DNA of 64,000 nucleotides from Azolla caroliniana. Lineage: Eukaryota > Plantae > Polypodiophyta. Shown piece after piece: positions 49,261 to 62,175 of the stretch. Positions within the stretch are counted from its first letter, which is position 1. Each line of letters begins with the position of its first letter. The position numbers and the translations under genes were made by a program. The stretch covers positions 5,952,001 through 6,016,000 of the forward strand of contig JBHGNT010000013.1 in the NCBI GenBank assembly GCA_043228905.1, given 5' to 3'. A model generated the notes under the pieces. That model had not been told where the DNA came from. It saw only the letters and a list, made by a program, of their open reading frames with translations, and made no database searches.

Positions 49261-52200
49261 CGTTTGATTTGGTGGGAGTGGGTAGGGCTGTTGTGCCTGT
49301 GGGTACTTCTTGCGTTCTTCTGATCACCTGCAATCTTCTGTGTGTGCTTAGTGCTCTTTGTTCGCGAAATGAGAGAGATTCTGTGAGGCGGGGGTTTTGT
49401 GTTCCCATGCTTGGTGCCTTTTCTCGATTCCCGCGCATGCACGTCGTGTACTATAATAGCAGTCGGTTGACACGTGTTGCGCGTTTAAATAGGTTTTAAT
49501 TAGCCACCAACTGCATGCCTTTTCAAAGTGCCCGTTCGCTCCTCGCCTTTGCATGATGATTTTTTATTTATTTTTTACAACATTAGTTCGAGTTATCCGG
49601 TAACACCGGCTCCTCGTGGTTGCCAGTCACTGGCTTGCCACTTCCGTTTATCGCGTCGGCCTCCACTTGATGGAACGGGTTCTGTGGCATGGGTCTGTAA
49701 TAGGGTTTAAGACGGAACCCATTTACACATTTGTCCAGTACCTTGTCGGCAAGCGTTCATAGCTGGTAAGAACCGTTGAACTCTCACATTATCCAGTATG
49801 GTTTGGTCCACCGAAACCGTAGCTTCCCCGGCATGTTACCCATCTGGGTCTGGAATACGAGCATCGGCTTGCCAATTACGAACAACTTCTCATTTCCCTT
49901 CTGGTCCCGGTCGAAAAATGCCTTCCTTCATCGCTGCTCGATTTCCATCTACATGATGCTCGCTATCCAGTGCTCTTCCAGCTCGCATAGTGCCGCCAAC
50001 CAGATTTTCTCAAATTCCTTTTCACTCAGTCGCTCCCGAACCTATATTCGTAAGCTCGGAACTTGAAATTCAATCGGCATCACCGCTTCTAGCCCGAATG
50101 CCCACTGGAATGGTGTTGTCCTCATACTTGTTTTATATTGTCGTCCGGTAGGCCCATAATGCATTGTGTAGCTTCGTGTCCCAATCGGTTCAGTTCTCAT
50201 TGACGATCTTCTGGAGGATGTTCTGTAGTGTTTTGTTAGTGGACTCGGCCAATCCATTGGCCTGTGGGTAGCACGGGGTGATGCGCTGGTGTACTACCGC
50301 GTAGAACATTGTTAGGCTCTCCACTACTTGACCGAGGAAGTGTCCACCCTGGTCACTAATTAATTCGATTGGACATCCATATCGGCACCAGATGTACTCG
50401 TACAGGAACTTCGTCGTCGATGCCACGGTATGGTCTCGCAAAGCCTTGGCCTCTACCCCCTTGGTGCAATAACGTATCTGTTGCTGGTTTGCATGGCCAG
50501 CGGCTTGAATGGTCCGACGAAGTCCAGCCCCCATTTCTGAAATGGTTCCAAGGGTAGTCCCGACTGGTGAGGCATCTGCGCCTGTTCTGTCGATTGGCCC
50601 ATTCGTTGACACAAATCACATTCCTTCGTATACCAGACCGAATCTTTTAGTGTCGTTTGCCACCATAGCCCATTGCGCCATATCTTTCTTGTTGTAGCTT
50701 CACCGGCATAGTGCCCTCCGGCAGCTCCGCAATGCGCTTCCCATAATATGGTATCCTTTTCATTGCTCCGAACCGCTAACCGCTATATGCCATCCGCTCC
50801 TTTGTGGTAGAGTGTATCCTGTAATAAACAAAAGTGTTAGCTCTGGACCGCCAATCATTTCCACTCATCCCGGTTCATCTCTTCCGGCGGCAGTCCTGTG
50901 CTTAAAAACTGATGCATGTTCGTTAGCCATTTGTCCTCGTCCGGAATTGTACTATCCACCATGGTTTTTGCTTGTAATTTTAAACAATTCGGCATCCGGA
51001 AACTCATCTAGCACACCATCACTAGTCTCTCCGGATTCTAACCGGCCCAAATAGTCGGCAACCACGTGTTGTATCCCCGGTCAGTGATAAATTTTGAACT
51101 CGAATTCTTGTAGTAGCAATGTCCATCGGGCCAACCTGCCTATGAGGGATGCCTTAGAAACAAAATATAGAAGTACTGAATGGTCTATGTGAAATGAAAA
51201 TTTGCGGCCCAACAAATAGTATTGGAACTTCGTGACACTATAAATCATCACCAAGGCCTCTCTTTCTGTTGTGGAGTAATTTCGTTCCCCCTATGAAAGT
51301 TTCCGACTCACATAGTATACCAGCTGATACCACTTGGGTTCGGTCAGCTGCATAAGTGCGCTGCCTATTGCTATGTCTGATGCGTCGACGAACACATGGA
51401 ACTCTTTGAACCAGTCGAGGTCTTGTACTATCGGTGCTTGCGACAGTAATACTTTTAGCGCGCGGTAGCCTCATCCTCTCTATCCGTCCATTGAAACGGT
51501 GTCTGGTGAACCGCAACATGTAGCGGTGTTGCGAGATCTGCCAAATACCGGAGCATCCGGCTATGCCTCCAGATTTGTCCTAAGAATCTGCTTAATGCTT
51601 TGGCTGTTGTCAGTGCCGGTGCCTTTGGTGTCCGGGTCTACAACTATCCCGTCCTTACTGACAATATGACCAAGTAGCGTACCACTGGTCATGCCAAACA
51701 CATACTTTGCCGAGTTCAGGCTTAGCCGGTAACCCCTGCATTTCTCTAGGCATAACCGGAGATGGTCGAGGTGTTCCCCTTGCCGGCTATACACCGTGAA
51801 GTTGTCTAAGAACACCTGCATAAATGCCGATATGAATTCTCCAAATATGTCCATGATTATCCGCTGAAAGGTAGTTGGCGCCGTTTTGAGTCCGAACATC
51901 ATCACTACTGCTATAAAGACTCCCCACTCGGTCACAAACTCTGTCTTTTCTTGGTTATCGGGGTGCATCCTTATTTGATTGTATCCGCTGAATCCGTTGA
52001 GGAAGCTATAAACCTCGTGACCAGCTACCGCGTCCAAAACTTCATCCGTAAATGGAAGTGGAAAGGCATCGGTAACCGTCGCGGCATTTAGTTTCCGGTA
52101 ATCGACACAAACCCGGATCTTACCGTTCTTCTTCGGCACGACGACTATCGAACTCAACCAAGTAGTTTTCTTCACCGGCCAATTAAAACCGACCCGGAGT

Positions 52201-52786
52201 AACTTGTCGATCTTTTCTTTTACCCTTGCCGCATAGTCGGTAGCGCCTTTGTGCTCTAGTTTGGCGTCCTTGCTAAGATGTATCTAATGTTGATACAGTT
52301 GCAGATCCAACCCTCACATATCCTCATAGGACCAGGCAAATACGTCCTAGATTTCTTTTAATAATGTAATCATTCCCATTTTGTTTTCCGGAGACATCTC
52401 TTTGGCAATATGTACTGGCCATGCTTCCTCTCCAGTTCCCAAGTTTACTTCTTCAAGATGGGACACCTTCACCCTTTGAGATACCGCCATTTCCAGTTCC
52501 AGGGCCTCCTGTACTTGACAGTTCTCTAATGGCATCTCTATCTAGTTCCTCTTCGGCATCTTCCGGTTGTGCAATATACGGGGAGACTACTTCGGCAACA
52601 TCTATTTCAAACAAGGGCACGATTTTTGGATTCTCTTCGAGATACTGATCGACTTCCTCGTCGGCGAGCCCTTCCAGCATGTTTACGCTTTCAGCATATA
52701 ACGACGTCAGCTCTTTGCAAATTCCCGTTTGTGGATGTGTCGGTACCCGTACTTTCGTTTTGCGTCAGCTGGGAACCGTTGGGGTT

Positions 52787-53286
52787 TTTTACTAGGAGAA
52801 AGAAGAATATGAGATAATGTTAGTTAGGAAGAGATTACAAGAAGAAGATATGAAACTCGTGAATCCCACGAGTATAGCGTATTAATTGATACTTAGATTG
52901 TAAGAGAGAAATAGATGGCAAAATCGTGAATCCCACGATTTTTTTATATTACCCAAACCTTATAAAAATCAACAACCCCTATACATCTTTCTTTCTTCCT
53001 TATATAGTGTTTGAAGAGTCTAAGTTTATCACATGCAAGCATCATGTTTTTCCTAACTTTAGTTTTTATGCACACTGCATGTGCATGATTAGCTTTCTAT
53101 TCCATCTTTTCTTTTAACTTGAGTGTGTATGCATGAATAACTTTTTGTACCATGCATATCTAGAATATTTGCATGGGATAAAGTTTAGTATAACTTTAAA
53201 ATTCATAATACGCTAGTATAGGGGTAAGGCTTAAAAATCGTTAACATGGAGGTAGAGGGTTCAAATCCTGCCCTATGTATGTAACA
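52787..53286 (-). mobile_element. Solo-LTR-like segment
   Basis: Ends GTAACA; start 52787 or 52818; minus-strand TATATAA at ~53005; layout like the other gypsy LTRs here; no TSD found. Confidence 0.55.
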
Positions 53287-56200
53287 ATCTTTTCTTCTAT
53301 TTACAAATTTGTCTCTTCATCCAGTGAGAGACTCTCACCAGCCTTCTTTATCCGGCTCTTGCCGGTTCTGCTTGATCTAGTTCATACTGGGTCTCCTTAC
53401 CAGTTCCTCCTTGCCGATTCAATCCTTCATCCGGTTCTCACCGGTGTCGTGCCTTTCGGCTCCGGATCGTTTGCGTGAGTCGGGTGGGAACCACATAATT
53501 TCCACATAGTGTGCAACCTACACTACGACACCGGTTCCTCCTTAACGATTCCATCCTTCATCCGGTTCTCACCGGTTCCTCCTTGCCGGTTCCATCCTTC
53601 ATCCGGTTCTCACCGGTTCCTCCTTCTCGGTTCCATCCGGAGGGACGAAAATGCAATTTTCACGTTGTGTGTGAATTACACTACAACACCGCGACTTTTG
53701 CCACCACCATATTGACTGTCGGTCATTTTCCGTTTCTTTTAACCGCACATTGGTTGCTGTAATGGCCTTCCTGTCAGCAATAATAACAATATCCTTTCCA
53801 AGTACTGCTGGATTCTGCTTTTGGCCCGGTACCCGGCTGAAATCCTATTACCGGCCGATTAGGCTCTTCTATTCGTCTTGGTTCCGGTTGAGCGCTACTC
53901 AAGCCTCTCTCCGGTTCCCGTGGGTATTCATTCGCCGGTTCCCGACGCTCCTCCTTGCAGGTGTTTCGTTTCTTATTAAAACGTCAGTGTTTTTTGTAAC
54001 CCTGTCGGCACCGATCTTCGTAGTCCCCACGTTGATCCTCTCTCCTGCAGTTGTAACTTGGAAAGTGATTGCGATCAGAACGGTCACCGTTATAATCCTA
54101 GTACCTGTCGTACCGGTCCCGGTCATAAGTGTCCCTTTTGTCGTTGTACCGGACATCATGTACTCGCCGGTATCGCTCGTCTCCACGCCATCATTCTTCT
54201 TCCTCTTCCCGGTCGCTACGGGTCTCGATTTGTTTTACTGCTGCTGCTTGCCAGTTCAGTAAGTTGTATTTGCATCGGTCCATCATGTGTGACCTGGAAT
54301 GGCATAACATGCACTGTGACCACATTGTACACTCTATTGTAGAGTGCTCGGGATTCAAACAAGTCGTCCATTGTATTGCTTGCCGAAAACGTAGGTCTTC
54401 TTCGGTTGGTAATGCACACTAGAGTGACCCCATAGTTAACCACGAGCTTGTTTTGTCCATCTCCATGACCCGGTCTATGACCTGGTCGATCGTACTGGTG
54501 TGGAAATTAATGACCGCGCACAATGTACGCAGGGATTACTAGAGTGCTGCCAAGAATATTGCTTTTGCCTCTGCTTCCGGTGGTGCCCGACTTAGTTGGT
54601 TGTGCATCCGCTAGAACCGGATTATGAATTGTTGAATGGTTTCCGTAGGTTCCTGCCATATGGTGTAGAATAGGCCGACCATCTCACGTTGAGCCACCTG
54701 TTTGTGGAAGAAATGTAAAAATCTGGTTTTCAAGTCCTCAAATGTAGTGACAGTGCCAGGAAGGTGCATTGAGTGCCATCGTGCCACTGGTCCTTCCAAA
54801 GTCATGCCAAACTCCGCAATCTTTGATCGTTCTGCTTCGGCGTCGTTTAAGCGCTAAGACAGATGGTTTGGTTCCCATGTCTGCAGAAATGCATACACAT
54901 TGGCTTCCGCGTTCGGATCATCTTGGTACTTGGGATATTGGTATGGCATGCCATCGTCTGGTGTTGGAACTTGAGCAAGTGGTGACAGAGGTCTCTCCTC
55001 CTCTTCTTTGGGAGGCGGTGTCGGAGTTCTTTCCTCCTCCTCCTTCAGAGGCGGTGTCGGAGACCTTTCCTCCTGCTCCTTTGGAGGCTCACGTGGCGGT
55101 GTCGGAGGTTGCTCCGCCTCTTTCCTTTCTGAAGCTTCCAGTTCTATTATCGCTGGTTCCGGTGTCGGTATATTATCCTCGTCCTCGTCCTCCGGTCCAT
55201 CCGGGGTATCGTGGCTGCTGCAGTAATTCAACTAAGCCTTGTACTCGCCGTCTGAATCCAATTCAAAAGTTGAAAATTGTTCCAAATCACCTTCTCCTAC
55301 TGCTAATGCCTGCAGGATGGATTCTGCTTCCTTCGTCCGGATGGGAATTCCGGTGCAAGCAGAGTGATTCTACGGCCAAATCACCTTTGAAAAGGATTGG
55401 TCCACACTGATTTCCTCTACTGCCTGGTGGTATGCCTCGCGCTTCCGCAGTCTTTCGGTGAGTCTTCTCGCTCGCTCCGTGACTGGGTCATTTGTCGGTC
55501 TAGTCATCCATCCCCCCGTTGTTCACCGCGCTTGTGGAGACATCATGGTTGCCAAAAATTGTGTTACTCCTTGGGACAGGATGAGCCCTAACATAGGGTG
55601 TCCCTCTAGGACACTTCACCAAAGGATGGTGCAATTAGGTAGGCATAGATCGTAATACACACTTGCTCTTAACCGGCTACTAATCGGCACGGTTAATGAT
55701 CGTCATCCACGTGTAAGATAAATTAGATTAAGCATAGAACGGTAATCAGATAGACTCTTAATCATATACAAAACAACAATACTTCTATTAATTATCCGTC
55801 ATCAATTACATTCTAACAGGGTCCTTTTATAGGTCCTCGGTTTTGAGTTACAAACCGGTGCCAACCGGGAACCGGCAACGTACCGATCGGATCCGAATCG
55901 GCATACTGATTCTGGGTCCATACTGATATCAATAACAGATCCCGATCCTTAATTAAATATCCCTTCCACATTCTGGACTCTAACTGGCTTTTAAGTCTTG
56001 CCGGCCAACAATATGCTCAATTTGGCCATTTTTTTCGGGATGATAACCGGAAGAAAACTTAACCGAAATGTGGAGAAGTTTGAACATGCGCTTCCAAAAC
56101 TTTGAGATGAATTGTGGACCATGATCACTAATAATATCATCCGGCAGACCATGATGCTTAAATACCTCCCGTATAACGAGATCAACTGCCTCTTGAATAG

Positions 56201-58893
56201 TAATCGACTTCGTACATGGCAAGAAATGTGCCATTTTGGTAATTCGATCAACCACTATGAGAATTGCATCAAAACCTTTTGAAACTGGGAGATCGGTAAT
56301 GAAATCCAAGGATATAAACTTCCAAGGATTTTCCGGAATGGGAAGTGGTTGTAGTAAGCCGGATCGGTGATGAGAATTCTTTGATCGACAACATATATCA
56401 TAGCTCCGAACATACTCCTCAACAAAATGACGAAGGCGAGGCCACCAATAGAGTCTTGCGAAATCCAAAATGACCAGCCATTCATGAGTCATGGCAATGT
56501 TGTAAAACTTGTAGTCGTGGGGAACCATTAGGAACATACACAATAGGTTTTGTCGAAACCGAAAACCACCATCCCAATAGAACTGACAATAGTCATTACG
56601 AGGATTTTTCGACCGTGAGCAAGAAGCACAATCCGGGACGATATGATCCAAAACAGCCTTGGCGAAATCATCAGTGGCCATATGATCTAGAATGGAATCA
56701 AGAAGAGTGGAATCTTCAAGAGTTGTCATGGCGTTAACTACCATTAATCGTAAGCAATTAGGACCCAAAAGGATTTGTTTTTGATGCTCAAATGTAGGTT
56801 CCCCTAGACGAAGTTCCATATAAGATCATCGAGAAAGAGCATCTGCTTTGCCTTGCTGCATCCCAGGGCGATATATGATGATAAAGTCGAAGTGAGTCAA
56901 AAATTGTGCTCACCGGGCTTGTCGCCAACTCAAGACTCAAGAATTTTGGAAATAAGTTAGGTTCTTATGATCATTATAGACAGTGATCTGCTGAGAATAA
57001 CCTTCTAGAAAATATCGCCATTGTTGAAACAAATCCACAATTGCAAGAAGCTCTTGTCATGGATCTCGTAGTTGATCTCTGCAGCTTCAAACTTTCATGA
57101 ATTGAAGGCAAGAGGGTGTTGTTGTCCATCATCTCCAGTTTGTGAGAGGACACTCCCTAGTGCAAAATTGGATGCATCAGCTTCAGGGATGAAGTGTTTT
57201 GTTGGGTTGACATGTGCTAAGATAGGTGTTGTTGTAAATGCTTGTTTTAAACTTTCGAATGCCTCGATTGCATCTGAACTCCATATAAATGGCTGATCTT
57301 TACGTATGAGTTGAGTAAGCGGAAGCACAACCTTGGAATAATCTTTAATAAATTTTCGATAAAAATTTGCAAACCCAAGAAAACATTGCACATCATGCAC
57401 TGAAAGGGGCGTTTGCCACTCTAAAATTGCATGTACCTTCCTGGGGTCCATAACAATACCATCTGATGATACAATATACCCCAAAAATTCCAATTGATTC
57501 TTGTCGAAACTACACTTTTCTAATTTTGCGTAGAGACCATATTCTTGGAATCGACGCAGTACCTGATGAACATGTTTGTCATGCTCCTCTTGGGTCTTCG
57601 AGTAGATTAAAATATCATCTAAGTCAACTATAGTGAAGATATCAAGAAAATCTCAAAAATAATCGTTTGCCATATGTTGGAAAACAACAGGTGCATTCGT
57701 GAGACCGAATGGCATCACAGTATATTCAAAATGTCCATAGCGAGTGCGAAAAGTTATCTTCCATTCATCCCCCGAGCGAATCCGAACTAGATTATATGTT
57801 TCGCAAAGGTCCAACTTCTTAAAATATTTTGCACCACTGAGACATTCCAAAAGATTCAGGATTAATGGTAGGGCATATCTATTCTGGATAGTCACTTTGT
57901 TTAGCCCTCGATAATCCATGACCAACGAAGAAGATAGATGCATGAGCAGGGGATCTAGAATGTCGAATGAATATGTTTGCCAGATTCTCATCAATATATT
58001 CCCGCAAAGTCTCTAGCTCTACAGGGGAGAGATTATAAGTTGGGCCCCATGTAGGTTCTTTCCTTGGTTGTAAGTGAATAGGGTAGTCGTATGGCCGATG
58101 CTCCAACTATGTATTGGCCTTCACCTTATCAAAGACATCTAAGAACTCCATGTATTTTTCTCTGATAGTTTAATGTCCGCTTCACGTGAAGTGTATGATG
58201 GAGTTGCTACTATTGCGAAAACGAACATGGCCTCGTTCCCCCCTTCCTGCCGCAACTGTCGTAAAGAGATGGTTGATAACTCTAGGGATCTATTATCACA
58301 TGTAGGAGAAAGGGATGTAGGGTTTGTTCTTTTTTCCTGGGTCGTCTCAATTGTTCTTTTCATCCAGTCAATCTTCGGGTTATGGAGTTCAAGCCAAGGG
58401 AGACCTAGAACTATTGGGTGTTCTGGACTACAAACAATGTTGAAAGAGATTATGCTTGCCAAATCGCCAAGAACTATCCTAATTGGCTTGGACTCCTCGA
58501 CTATATCTCTTGATGCTATGGGACGTCCATCAATGACTCCTACGGGAACTGGGTTGGGAAGCTTATTCGAGAGGATGTTCTATGACAAGGCAAATTCACG
58601 ATCCATGAAACAACAATTAGCTCCAAAATCTAGGAGGGCAGAAGCTAGGACTCGATGACATGTAGATGTAGTAAGCTTGACTTGTGCTGAAAAAACTCTA
58701 CTCACTTGATTTGATGAAATTGAACCACGACTAGGAAGTAACTCTACATAGCTAGGATGGTCCAGCCAAATGGCTCCTATTTTGGCCAAACTTACTCGTT
58801 TAACACATCATCTAATTGGCACTTATGTTATTAGAAATAATAATAGAACTCGATATAGAATTTTCATGGGCACTTACTTGGTATACTTGACGT

Positions 58894-60570
58894 TGTCTTG
58901 TGAATCTTCACACACTATGTAAAAAAATAATAATGAAATAATTATTTTAGATTAGATTAGTGGCTTGTTATAGAAATATGGATGTACTCAAGAGCTTCAA
59001 AACGCATTTTACTACATATAAAATGGACAACTACATATCAAGTTAGGTGGACATGAAGTTTGAGAAGATAGAGAAAATAGAAATTTGAAGTATCCCACAT
59101 AGATAGGAAACTTTAGGAGCTAGCTATATAAGCAGATTGAGAACCATCATTTTTTATCTATGTGTTAAGAGCACAAAAGAAATAGTTGGGCTTGGGCCAC
59201 TTTTGTCTTGAAGGACAGATGTGGCTAAGTCGTTGGATGTGGCTAAGTTGCTCGAACCTGCCAGTGATGGAACTCAAACCGGCCGGTGAAGGAACTCAAA
59301 CTGGTTGGTGATAGTACTGAAAACCGGAGGGAGCCGGCAACTAGATGGAACCGGTGTACAAATGGTGACATGGCAAAGCCAGTAACTGGAAATCGGATGG
59401 ATCCGGTAACCGACGATCGAGCGAATCCAGCAACTAGAAATCGGACGGAGCTGACGACCGGACAAATCCGGCAACCGGCAACCGGGCGGATCAAGCAATT
59501 GGAAACTAGATGGAGCCAGCGACTAGACAGATCCGACAACCAGTGACCATATGGATTTGGCAACCGGAGACCAGGCGGATCCGGCAACCAGAGACCGGGA
59601 GGATCTAGCAACCGTCTAGCAACCGGAAACCGGACGGAGCCGGCAACCGGATGGAATCGGCGATCGAACCGGAACCGGACGGAACCCGCGACGGGACGGA
59701 TCCGGCAATCGGTGACTGGATGGATTCGGCGATCGGAAACCGGACGGAGCCAGCAACCGGATGGAACCGACAATCGAACCGGAACCGGACGGCAACAAAA
59801 CCGGAACCGAACCGGACGGAGCCTATGACCGGACGAATCTGGCAACCAGTAACGGGATGGATTCGGCAACCGGAGACCGGGCAAATCTGGCAACTGGAGA
59901 CCGAATGGAGCTGGCGACCGGCGACAGGACGGAGCCGGCAACCAGATGGAACCGGCGATCGAACTGGAACCGGTCGGTAACAAAACCGGATCCGAATAGA
60001 TCAAAGCGTGGGCCAAACTTTACGGATTATTGGATCATGTGGACGGTCGCATGCAACTAAAAGAAAAAGCCATGCAACTAAAAGTAGAGGCCATGCAACT
60101 AAAAGTGGGCATGCAAAGTAACATTGAAGGCGATGATCAATGGAGAACTCCATATATACTCCAGTTTTTTTTTCTACAATCACTCTCTCTCCATTTTTAT
60201 TTTCTTTTCCTTCTTAGATTCCTTATCTCACAGAGCCATAACACTCAAAAGAACGCTAATTTTCCCTACGGAAGCGATTCAACTCAAAAACCCTAATTTC
60301 TTATCGAAGCCAAAAAACCTAATTTTCCTATCGAATCCGTATCTTAGTTTCTTCTAATCTATTACTCTAGTAATCTCCATAAGCTAAAACTTTTGTAATC
60401 CCAATCTTGGGATTGATTGTAATCATTCTTTCCCTTTTATAAATGAAATTTGTGGATCTTTCTCATTTTGCATTAATTCTTGAATATAAACATATGAATC
60501 TGATATCCTCCGGTCGGAAACCCCGGGGTCCTACCTCAAGTTCACATGTCCTCGCCGTATTTTCGCGACA
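58894..60570 (+). mobile_element. Long solo LTR related to the Trp-PBS family, inserted in gag
   Basis: TGTC...CGACA; 3' end GAAACCCCGGGGTCC...CTCAAGT...GCGACA resembles 39513-39565; approximate 4-bp TSD ACGT/ACGC; removal restores host KPRRQVYQV. Confidence 0.75.
59270..60000. repeat. Degenerate CCGG-rich short-unit repeat array
   Basis: Recurring GGCAACCGG, GAACCGGA and ATCCGG modules. Confidence 0.85.
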
Positions 60571-62175
60571 ACGCCTAGGTTTTCGCTATATGTCCTGGAT
60601 TGCCACAGTACAGGCAAAGGCGATGCGCTTGACGTCGTTTCTTCTGAGCATCTGATAACGGCCCACGATGTTGTGTTGACTCTATTTCCATCGAAGTTGG
60701 GCCATCCCTTGTAATGGGTCTAGAAACTTGTGGAGGCATTGTGACATTTGCTGGCACTCAGAACGTCGCTCAAATAGGCGATTATCACATCGCATGACTC
60801 GACTAATGGCTTCTGTAAGCGACTTCGGATTTTCAAGGAAAGTAAGAAGGAGACCTTTGACATCATTTTGCAAACCTTGAGGGAATTGATCCATTAAGGC
60901 TGCCTCATCCCAAGGGATATCGCATGCCAAGAGACGAAAATCAGCTGCGTAAGCCAATGCGGGATGATCTCCTTGTCGGAGCCTTCAAATCTTGTTTATC
61001 GTTGTCCTAGGTTGTCGGTGTCTCCGAAACTAGCTTGAAACTCTTTAACAAATGCCTCGAAATCCTCCAGCAATGGTGATTTCTTCTCAAGAAGTGGTGC
61101 AAACCATGCTAATGTTGTACCACATAGCAAAGTTCCCACTAATCCCACATGAACAACTTCCGTCCGATACCGATTGGGATGTAACTGAATACCCAGACGA
61201 ACTTGATTCAAAAAGCCTCAAAATAAAGACCTCGTACCATCAAACTTGGCGTGGAGGTTGATCTTTGGCTCTCTAGGGGAGTTCTGAGCCCCCAACGCTT
61301 GTTCTCGTAATGACAATATAGTCGCCTCGAGTTGATGAACCCGATGTGATAACTCTTCATATTGTTGAGCTTTTTCGGCACTCACTTGTTGTAAATCTTC
61401 AAGTAGCCTTTGATTCTCATGCTCCAATGCCACAAATTTATTTGTGAGCATGCTGAGCTCAGAAAGAACACGCATGTATTCTTGTTTCCTCACGGACTCC
61501 ATAGCTTACAAGGGGAGAGGAGAAGGAAGAAGAGAACTTGTTAGCGTTTGTGGAAGACAAAGAAATGAAAGGAGAAAATTGGTTCAAACTGTCAAGACAG
61601 TGGGGGGGGGGGGTGGGGGGAGAGAGAGATGATTGAAAGAGAATTATTATATTGAAGAGTAAAATAGATTACCAAGAGTAGGCTACAAAATGGCATTGAA
61701 CCAATTTAGGTTTGGGATGAGTGATAGATCCCTATTTATAAGTACTAAAGAACACTCTAGAATATTCTAGGTTATCCTAGAATGTAAAGTAATCTAGAAG
61801 ACCTCTAGAGTATTCTAGAAGGTTCTAGTGGTATAGAACACTCTAGAATATTCTAGGTCATTCTAGAATGTAGAGTAATATAGAATATTCTTATGATATT
61901 ACATTTTATATATATAAGAATATTAATACAATGGTTAAGGATTTGACATGTGTAAAACAAGGTCGTAGGTTCAAATCCTTTCGATGCATGATGTGAGTGT
62001 CATGATCCTTTTGATGCATGATCTGAGTGTTATCATGACACTTATGTGATTGGGAATCGGCCATGTTCGAGCACTGTTTTTGTTAGAACTTTGGATCCAT
62101 CCCCTTCATATCCTCATGAGACCATGCAAATACATCTTTATATTAATACAACAAGTCAATCATGGTAGCATCTTC

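Larger units (their letters stand above)
48455..56010 (-). mobile_element. Non-chromoviral gypsy element (5' LTR, PBS, gag, RT, RH, INT, accessory ORF), 3'-truncated, adjoining a chromovirus integrase
   Basis: LTR ~55562-56010 (TGTT...CAACA); PBS-like TGGCAACCATGATG 55554-55541; gag YPKYQDDPNAE, LEGPVARWH; RT 51561-52175; INT 49690-50800. Confidence 0.88.
56011..62040 (-). mobile_element. Tcn1-like chromovirus, 5' part (5' LTR, gag, PR, RT, RH, INT)
   Basis: LTR 61590-62040 (TGTCA...TGACA); EPKINLHAKFDGTRS; CLYCGNPGH; ALLDFGANCCFMD; [16 protein letters not shown]; WKFISLDFITDLP. Confidence 0.92.

Noticed and set aside
53750-55410. Plus-strand 170- and 213-aa ORFs
   Set aside because: Antisense shadows of the minus-strand gag.
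59243-60060. Pro/Arg-rich ORFs up to 257 aa
   Set aside because: Arise from the CCGG-rich repeat inside a solo LTR.
61602-61620. G-run as a G-quadruplex element
   Set aside because: Homopolymer/microsatellite tract beside GA repeats; not shared by related LTRs.
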